From positions 197,029 to 261,028 of the forward strand of contig CAVVXI010000004.1 in assembly GCA_963752195.1 (NCBI GenBank): a DNA stretch of 64,000 nt. The letters are read 5' to 3'. The notes under the pieces were generated by a model, which worked only from the letters and a program-made list of their open reading frames with translations, had not been told where the DNA came from and ran no database searches. How positions within the stretch are numbered: position 1 is the first letter of the stretch; every line of letters begins with the position of its first letter. Shown here piece after piece: positions 55,518 through 62,336 of this stretch. Position numbers and translations under genes: made by a program. This DNA is from an uncultured Bacteroidales bacterium. Lineage in GTDB: Bacteria > Bacteroidota > Bacteroidia > Bacteroidales > UBA10428.

Positions 55518-55544
55518 ATCAATTATAAACCAATAATTAAATTC

Positions 55545-56213
55545 ATGTCTGACCTCTTCCATTTTTTCATTGACTTCGTCCTTCACATTGACAGGCATTT
55601 ACTGGAAATTGTTACCAATTATCAATCCTGGACTTACGCCATCCTTTTTACTATCATTTTCTGCGAGACGGGACTTGTGGTAACGCCCATTTTACCGGGG
55701 GATTCCCTTCTTTTTGCGGCAGGCGCCGTGGCAGCCATGGAAGGAAATCCCATCAATATATATGCACTGGTTTTGTTAATGTTGCTTGCCGCATTTCTGG
55801 GTGATAACACGAATTATTTTATCGGAAAATTTTTGGGATCAAAAGTATATGAAAAGAATTACAGGCTGATTAAGCGAAAATACCTCGATGACACTCATGC
55901 GTTTTATGAAAAGCATGGGGGCAAAACTCTTATAATTGCCCGTTTTATGCCTATTATAAGAACATTCGCACCCTTTGTTGCCGGGGTAGGAAAAATGACT
56001 TATCAACGGTTTATCATTTTCTGCATTGTCGGAAATTTAATGTGGGTTAACCTGTTCTCCTTTGCGGGATATTATTTTGGCAATATTCCTGCCGTAAAAC
56101 AAAATTTCTCACTTGTAGTATTCGCCATTATTTTAATCTCATTTCTTCCCCCGGTATATGCCTTTGTGAAACAGTTTCTTAACAGCAGGAAAGCCGGAAC
56201 TAAAATTGAATAG
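55545..56213 (+). CDS. DedA-family membrane protein
   Basis: 222 aa; ETGLVVTPILPGDSLLFAAG and RFMPIIRTFAPFVAG motifs. Confidence 0.85.
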   Translation: MSDLFHFFIDFVLHIDRHLLEIVTNYQSWTYAILFTIIFCETGLVVTPILPGDSLLFAAGAVAAMEGNPINIYALVLLMLLAAFLGDNTNYFIGKFLGSKVYEKNYRLIKRKYLDDTHAFYEKHGGKTLIIARFMPIIRTFAPFVAGVGKMTYQRFIIFCIVGNLMWVNLFSFAGYYFGNIPAVKQNFSLVVFAIILISFLPPVYAFVKQFLNSRKAGTKIE

Positions 56214-56216
56214 CGA

Positions 56217-56285
56217 CTGGATACTGGATACTGGATGCTGGATACTGATGCTGGATGCTTGATGCTGGACGCTGGATGCTGGATG
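56217..56285. repeat. CTGGAT(A/G) heptamer tandem repeat, 10 units
   Basis: Starts 3 nt after the DedA stop; one unit is 6 nt. Confidence 0.9.
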
Positions 56286-56397
56286 CGAACTGCACATTAG
56301 CAGGGGGGTAGGGGCCAGGCACAAATTCCGGTTTCTACCGACAGATAATCCCTGCCGGGATTTTTCAGACTTCGGAACTGCAGAACCGCCTTTAGAA

Positions 56398-57264
56398 CTA
56401 TTCCTCAGTCGTGACTGTTTCCATTTTTTTGTTCCGGAGAGCGCTCACACCAATAATTGCGGCGATGATGAGAAAGCCACCGGCGAGGATCCGTACTGAA
56501 AGTGCTTCGGAGAAGAAAAAGAATCCCATGGCACCAGCAAAAATAATGCGCGACGATGAAACCATAGATCCCGCCTTTGCGCTTACATTTTTATACCCCA
56601 TTGTGAGAAGAACCTGGCCGAGTACACCAACAAGTCCGCTGCCAAGCAGGAAAGGCAAATCCCGGGCATGTGGCATCACGAAAACCGGTACCAACAAGAA
56701 TGTATTGCAGATGGTTCCGATGGCCATCAGGTAAAAAACAATCAGAACTGTCGAATCATATTCACGGGCAACTGACAGTGTTATAATCGCAAATGCCGCA
56801 AAAATACCGGAAAGAAGTCCAATGAAATCACCCTTGTTAATGTGGGAGAAATCGGGAAAGATCACCAGGTATATGCCTATCATCGCGAGGGCCAGAAACA
56901 GAAAGGATATTTTGTGAAGCTTTTCGAGTTTAAAAAGGGGGGCAACAAGAAAAATGAAGACTGGGTAAGTCATGTTCAGCATGTTGGCATTGGTCACCGA
57001 CGAATGCTCAACTGAATAAAAGAAAGTGACAAGGGCCGAAAAGCTGAGAATGGCACGCGCAACCACAAGGGGGATTTTTTTGGGAATAAATGAGGTTTTT
57101 GTTTTCAGCATATATAAAGTTGCCAGAATGACACCCAAAATCACCCGGCAAAAAGTAATTTCTATGGCAGGAATATCAGAACTGTTCGTGACAAATTTGG
57201 CAAACACGGTAGCCGATGCAAAGCACAATTCGGCAAATATTAAAAGATAAATTCCCTTATTCAT
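56398..57264 (-). CDS. EamA/DMT-family transporter
   Basis: 288 aa, about 10 TM, duplicated EamA-like halves. Confidence 0.8.
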   Translation of the reverse strand: MNKGIYLLIFAELCFASATVFAKFVTNSSDIPAIEITFCRVILGVILATLYMLKTKTSFIPKKIPLVVARAILSFSALVTFFYSVEHSSVTNANMLNMTYPVFIFLVAPLFKLEKLHKISFLFLALAMIGIYLVIFPDFSHINKGDFIGLLSGIFAAFAIITLSVAREYDSTVLIVFYLMAIGTICNTFLLVPVFVMPHARDLPFLLGSGLVGVLGQVLLTMGYKNVSAKAGSMVSSSRIIFAGAMGFFFFSEALSVRILAGGFLIIAAIIGVSALRNKKMETVTTEE

Positions 57265-57301
57265 TGTTCATTGTTCATTGTTCATTGTTCATTGTTCATT
57301 C
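57260..57301. repeat. TTCATTG heptamer tandem repeat, 6 units, filling the whole spacer between the two EamA genes and containing the downstream gene start codon
   Basis: Read directly; the start codon complement CAT at 57262-57264 is inside the first unit. Confidence 0.9.
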
Positions 57302-57304
57302 ACA

Positions 57305-58306
57305 CTAAAGGGAGCCAGCTACTACCAAAGCCACACCAAATAAAATTCCCGCCAGTACCATGCCTCTTTTCCGGAGGCTGGTTTCCCTGAAATAGAGGGC
57401 TCCGGCACCAAAAACTATGACGGCGGATGAACGGCGAATAATAATTAAAACAGATACAAGTGAATTGTCAAGCGAAAGCGCTTTGAAATAGAAAAAATCA
57501 GCTGCAACCAGCACTATACCGATGAAAGGTATTGCCCAGCGCCAAATAAAAAGGGTAGTCTTTTTTCTTACAGGATACCACATAAAAAGCAAAATTAACA
57601 GGAAGATTAACGCTGTATAAACTGAAAACCAAGCCTGCATGGCTATACGATCGTATTGGCTTACAAGGTATTTATCCAGTAAAGCGCTGGCGCTGTTGAA
57701 CAATATACTCAAAAAGGCAAAAAATATCCATCGCCTATCCTTTTGTTCACTGCCCCTGATATTTCCTCCAAATGACATGGCATAATAAAACCCAAGGGAA
57801 ACCGCCACCCCGGTCCATTGCAACACATTCATCCGTTCTCCGTAGATGACCATTGCTCCCAGCATAGTCCAAACGGGCCCGGAGGCATTTAAGGGTGCCA
57901 GAAGCGTAACAGGCAGATGTTTTACCGAAAAATATCCGAACAGCCAGGCCATCGATACAATTACCGATTTTACCAAAAACAATAAATGTCCCGCAGGTAC
58001 GACATACGGAATACGGATCCCGGATGCCTGTGAAAAATCAGGAAAAAGGAAGGTTATAACCAGGAATGGAATAAAAATCAGCGCACTAGCTACAGAACCA
58101 AACAACAATACAGGAAGCACTGCATTTTGATTCAGGGATACTTTTTTGAAGATCTCGTGAAACCCCAGAAACAGGGAGGAAATTATGCCGAATAAAATCC
58201 ACATAGGCGGACAAGTATACAAATTTCCACCGGATAAAAAGATGGCCACGTGAATTTTCATATTTGGCACTTTAATTGTTGATAAATGCCTAAATTTCAC
58301 AGCCAA
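57305..58306 (-). CDS. EamA/DMT-family transporter
   Basis: Polytopic. The ORF-track start gives 333 aa, but Met35 (start 58204, MWILFGIISS...) fits the family length better. Confidence 0.75.
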   Translation of the reverse strand: MAVKFRHLSTIKVPNMKIHVAIFLSGGNLYTCPPMWILFGIISSLFLGFHEIFKKVSLNQNAVLPVLLFGSVASALIFIPFLVITFLFPDFSQASGIRIPYVVPAGHLLFLVKSVIVSMAWLFGYFSVKHLPVTLLAPLNASGPVWTMLGAMVIYGERMNVLQWTGVAVSLGFYYAMSFGGNIRGSEQKDRRWIFFAFLSILFNSASALLDKYLVSQYDRIAMQAWFSVYTALIFLLILLFMWYPVRKKTTLFIWRWAIPFIGIVLVAADFFYFKALSLDNSLVSVLIIIRRSSAVIVFGAGALYFRETSLRKRGMVLAGILFGVALVVAGSL

Positions 58307-58335
58307 TATTACAATTATATCTAAGTCATGAATCC

Positions 58336-58770
58336 ATGAAATTAATAACCTGCATTTTTATCCTCAACCTGTTTCTTTTTGCCGGTTGTACAAATAGGAA
58401 TACAATAAATCCTTCCCCCGAGGTAAATGCATCCCTTGAATCAAAGTTTGGAAAAGATGCCAATGCAAAATGGGAATTGTCAGCAGACAGATCTTACATC
58501 GCTAAACTTAATGTTTCAGGCCATCCCGTCAAAGCATATTTCACTGAAAATGGCAAATGGATTAAAACCGAAACGGAGCTTATATCCAGCGAGCTTCCTT
58601 CCGTCATTGTTAAAACAGTTCTCGGTGCATACAAAGGTTCATCTATTTCAAAGTCGCTTCTGATTGATGAATCGGGAAAGGAATCCGTTTACAGGCTTTC
58701 GCTTGTCAGGGGAGGAAAAAGAACCGAGGTGGACCTCACCACAGGGGGAGTTATTTTAGGTACTCCGTGA
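58336..58770 (+). CDS. PepSY-like periplasmic lipoprotein (DUF2874-like)
   Basis: 144 aa; lipobox LFAGC; repeated ...KAYFTENGKWIKTE... pattern. Confidence 0.5.
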   Translation: MKLITCIFILNLFLFAGCTNRNTINPSPEVNASLESKFGKDANAKWELSADRSYIAKLNVSGHPVKAYFTENGKWIKTETELISSELPSVIVKTVLGAYKGSSISKSLLIDESGKESVYRLSLVRGGKRTEVDLTTGGVILGTP

Positions 58771-58795
58771 TTTGCTGCAATACCATATGCGCGCA

Positions 58796-58907
58796 ATTCA
58801 TAATTCATAATTCATAATTCATCATTCATAATTCATAATTCATAATTCATAATTCATAATTCATAATTCATCATTCATAATTCATAATTCATAATTCATA
58901 ATTCACA
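58796..58907. repeat. ATTCATA heptamer tandem repeat, 16 units (two ATTCATC variants, last unit ATTCACA)
   Basis: 112 bp = 16 x 7, counted directly; upstream of the hdr-like cluster. Confidence 0.95.
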
Positions 58908-58996
58908 TTAGGTAGTTATACCTATTTATTTTTAGTAAAAGACCCCATGTGGGCCGGTTCCTGAATTCCTACATTTGTTAGGATTCATATTTTCTG

Positions 58997-59716
58997 ATGA
59001 TTACAGACTATTACAAGGAACTGACTACCGACGTTCGTTTTACCGAAGGTCTGACCGGATGTCTGAACTGCGGCACCTGCACTGCAATTTGTCCAGCCGC
59101 TGAATTCTATAACTACGACCCGCGAATTATAGCAGAAACTGTACAGTCGCGCGATAACGATAAAATATACGAATTGCTCACAGGCAATATGATCTGGTAT
59201 TGCGGGGAATGCATGTCGTGTAAAACCCGTTGTCCCCGCAACAACGCACCCGGTTTGATCATCATGGCCCTACGGGCACTGTCAATGCGTACGGGACTTT
59301 TCACCGAGTCGGAGAAAGGCAGGCAGCAACTGATGGTAAAAAGATCCATAGGGGATTGGATCCTGAAATACGGATATTGCATCTACCGCGAAGAAATGAC
59401 AATTGAAGATCATCCCGAGCAGGGACCCACCTGGGAATGGCAGAATAAAAATCTTGATCAGCTTTTTGACCGCTTTGGCGTAAAATACAGGGGAGACGGC
59501 CCCGGGCCGCTTCGCAAAATTCCCGAAGATGCCATGGAGGAATTGCGCCGTATATTCGACGTTACAGGGGCCAGTGACCTCTATGAATTTATTGAAGAAC
59601 GGTCAGCCAGAAAAGCGGCTGAGATGGGTCTGAAATTTAACAAGAACCTGGATTGTGAGTATATGTTTGAAATATATAATCATGACAGTGGCATACATGT
59701 GAAGGATCAAAAATGA
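58997..59716 (+). CDS. HdrC-like iron-sulfur protein (2x[4Fe-4S])
   Basis: 239 aa; CLNCGTCTAICP and CGECMSCKTRCP motifs. Confidence 0.75.
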   Translation: MITDYYKELTTDVRFTEGLTGCLNCGTCTAICPAAEFYNYDPRIIAETVQSRDNDKIYELLTGNMIWYCGECMSCKTRCPRNNAPGLIIMALRALSMRTGLFTESEKGRQQLMVKRSIGDWILKYGYCIYREEMTIEDHPEQGPTWEWQNKNLDQLFDRFGVKYRGDGPGPLRKIPEDAMEELRRIFDVTGASDLYEFIEERSARKAAEMGLKFNKNLDCEYMFEIYNHDSGIHVKDQK

Positions 59717-60783
59717 TAAAAGAAGGCAAAAAACGGCTGTGGCAGGAGTACCAGAAAGAAATAGCTACCGATAATTTCTTTTATGTACGCAGTTGTGTCC
59801 GGCAGAATTTTTTTCCAGGCGCAGAACAAACTTTCCTGCGTATATTACGGGAATGCCTCGGAAAAACCGTATTTGAAAACCCCGGACATACTTCATGTAC
59901 AGGCATCGGCTATCATTGCGACGTGGTGCCGTTCAATACCACAATGACGGTTGTAGCCAGGCAATTTGCCCTGATGACAGAAGCCGGTTGTGAAAACCTG
60001 GCTGTATCCTGCATAACCTCCTTTGGTCTGTATACTGAAATCCTTGAAACATGGAAGCATTTTCCCGAAACAGAGGTAAAAACACGTGAATATCTACGCA
60101 AAGCGACGGGACGGGAATTCAATATTCCGAACAACCTCGCCCACGCCAGTGACATCATTTATAAGCTTAGGCATGAAATAGCGGACCGGGCACCTTATAA
60201 GTTAATTAATCAGATTACAGGTGAACCCTTGAAAGTGGTTGAACACATCGGTTGTCACTATTCAAAAATGTTTCCTCACAAAGGTGTGGGCGGGGCGGAA
60301 TACCCCTATGTTCTGGCCGGGCTGGCCGAAGCGCTTGGCGGAGAAATCGTTGATTATCCCGAACGCAGGCATTGCTGTGGCTTTGGCTTCCGGCAATATG
60401 TTGTGAAGGCCAATCGCGGTTATTCCCTCTCGTGCAGCAAAAAGAAGTTCGATTCCATGGAACCATACAAGCCGGACATGATCATTACCAACTGCCCGGG
60501 TTGCCCTTATTTTCTCGACCGATGGCAATATGTAATTAGTGAGATGAAGGGCAAAACATATGGGGAAAACGGTCATGGTATACCGGTTCTGACCTATGAG
60601 GAACTGGTGGGCCTTGCCCTGGGCTATGATCCATGGGATATTGGATTACAGACTCACCAGGTATCATCCGAACCGTTGCTGTTGAAGATGGGAATTCATT
60701 TTGACCCAGATAAAAAATACCTGGGAAGAAAGGGAGAATTTATGGGAAGACCGGCGAAGCCGGAATTTTTGGTGATTGATTGA
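59713..60783 (+). CDS. HdrB-like protein with CCG domains
   Basis: 356 aa; ...RRHCCGFG... and ...ITNCPGCPYFL... cysteine-rich CCG-type motifs; ATGA overlap with the upstream gene. Confidence 0.75.
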   Translation: MIKEGKKRLWQEYQKEIATDNFFYVRSCVRQNFFPGAEQTFLRILRECLGKTVFENPGHTSCTGIGYHCDVVPFNTTMTVVARQFALMTEAGCENLAVSCITSFGLYTEILETWKHFPETEVKTREYLRKATGREFNIPNNLAHASDIIYKLRHEIADRAPYKLINQITGEPLKVVEHIGCHYSKMFPHKGVGGAEYPYVLAGLAEALGGEIVDYPERRHCCGFGFRQYVVKANRGYSLSCSKKKFDSMEPYKPDMIITNCPGCPYFLDRWQYVISEMKGKTYGENGHGIPVLTYEELVGLALGYDPWDIGLQTHQVSSEPLLLKMGIHFDPDKKYLGRKGEFMGRPAKPEFLVID

Positions 60784-60927
60784 TTTGATGATTTGAAAAT
60801 TTGAAAATTTGAAGATGGGCGGACGCGGCTGAATGCCGACATGCAAGACTGCAAGACTGCAAAACTGCAAAACTGCACGACTGCAAAACTGCAAAACTGC
60901 AAAACTGCAAAACTGCAGAACTTTATT
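60784..60927. repeat. Eighteen in-phase 8-nt units (TTTGATGA/TTTGAAAA ... GC-rich centre ... ACTGCAAA x8) filling the hdrB-like/hdrA-like spacer
   Basis: Phase checked base by base from the stop codon (60781-60783) to 60927. Confidence 0.95.
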
Positions 60928-60939
60928 TACTGATTTCAA

Positions 60940-61995
60940 ATGAAAAGCGTAGCAATAATAGGAGGAGGAGTAGCAGGAATGGAAGCTGCAGCCCAATTGT
61001 CAGGCCGCGGTCTTTCAGTAACTGTCATTGAAAAAACCGACAGGCTTGGCGGACGGCTGAATCAATGGCATGCACTATTTCCATCGCGCGAACCGGCACA
61101 CCAGTTGCTTGTAAGGTTAAAGCAAAAAATCTCCGGTGTAAATTTTGTTTTCAATGCCACAGTGACCCATGTTGAAAAGGATGATGATGGCTTTGCCATT
61201 CATATCGACCATAACCGCATGATCACTGCCAGTGCACTTTTGCTTACTACCGGATTCGACATATTTGATGCGGAAAGAAAGGAAGAATACGGATACGGTA
61301 TTTATGACAATGTGATCACTTCCGTAGACCTGGAAAAAGCTTTTAACACGGGGAAACCCCTATTGACAGTGCAGGGTAAAAAGCCGAAACGCATCGGTTT
61401 CATTCATTGCGTGGGATCGAGGGATGAAAAAGCCGGGAATATGCATTGTTCCAAGGTATGTTGTGTAACTGCGGTCAAACAGGCGATCGAAGTGAAGGAA
61501 ATGTACCCCGACACTGAAGTTTTTCTTTTTTATATGGATTTGCGCTTATTCGGACGGCACTACGAAGAATTGTACAAAGAGGCACAGCAGAAATATGGCA
61601 TTCAGTTTATCCGTGCACGTCTGTCGGAGGCATTTGAAAATACGGATGGATCTGTGCAAATCCGTATTGAAGACACCTTGCTTTCCAAGCCACTGAAAAT
61701 GACTCTTGATATGCTTGTTTTAATGGTGGGTATTCAACCCGATAAAAAACCCGATAATATGATAGATAAAATTGGATTACCAAAAGATGCTGATGGATTC
61801 CTGTTACAGGAAGATCAGTATGTGCTGCCATTCAATACCGGGATAGCCGGTTTGTATAGTGCAGGAGGAGTCACAGGACCCAAAACGATTGAAGAAACTC
61901 TGAATGAGGCAAGAGCAGTGGCTGCCGAAATCACTACTTTTTTAGGCGATTGCATTACCTATTTCAACCATGAGCGGGTCGTAATCGGATTATGA
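60940..61995 (+). CDS. Short HdrA-like FAD/FeS oxidoreductase
   Basis: 351 aa; IIGGGVAGMEAA dinucleotide fold; HCVGSRDEKAGNMHCSKVCC cysteine cluster typical of HdrA. No C-terminal ferredoxin domains. Confidence 0.75.
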   Translation: MKSVAIIGGGVAGMEAAAQLSGRGLSVTVIEKTDRLGGRLNQWHALFPSREPAHQLLVRLKQKISGVNFVFNATVTHVEKDDDGFAIHIDHNRMITASALLLTTGFDIFDAERKEEYGYGIYDNVITSVDLEKAFNTGKPLLTVQGKKPKRIGFIHCVGSRDEKAGNMHCSKVCCVTAVKQAIEVKEMYPDTEVFLFYMDLRLFGRHYEELYKEAQQKYGIQFIRARLSEAFENTDGSVQIRIEDTLLSKPLKMTLDMLVLMVGIQPDKKPDNMIDKIGLPKDADGFLLQEDQYVLPFNTGIAGLYSAGGVTGPKTIEETLNEARAVAAEITTFLGDCITYFNHERVVIGL

Positions 61996-62336
61996 TCAAT
62001 TTCGGATATACTATTCAAACCGACAGACAAATTGATTTCGATGCAAACTGTCGGCGTATCCTTGATTTTGTGCGTGCGGGAGAACCTTCTGTCGACTGGT
62101 GTATGAATTGTGGAACCTGTTCATCAGGTTGCACGGCTGCCCTGTCGGCCGACTACAGTCTCCGAAGGATGATAAGCCTGGCCCGGCGGGGTGAGGAAAA
62201 AGAAATAATTTCCGCAATTCATCGTTGCCGGTTTTGTGGTAAATGCCTGAATGCATGCCCTCGCGGTGTTAACACACGGAATATTGTTTACCTTATGCAA
62301 TTGGCTGTAAAAAAAATAGCTTGCCATGAAATTTGA
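61992..62336 (+). CDS. Small HdrC-like/ferredoxin-like protein
   Basis: 114 aa; CMNCGTCSSGC and CRFCGKCLNACP. Confidence 0.65.
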   Translation: MINFGYTIQTDRQIDFDANCRRILDFVRAGEPSVDWCMNCGTCSSGCTAALSADYSLRRMISLARRGEEKEIISAIHRCRFCGKCLNACPRGVNTRNIVYLMQLAVKKIACHEI

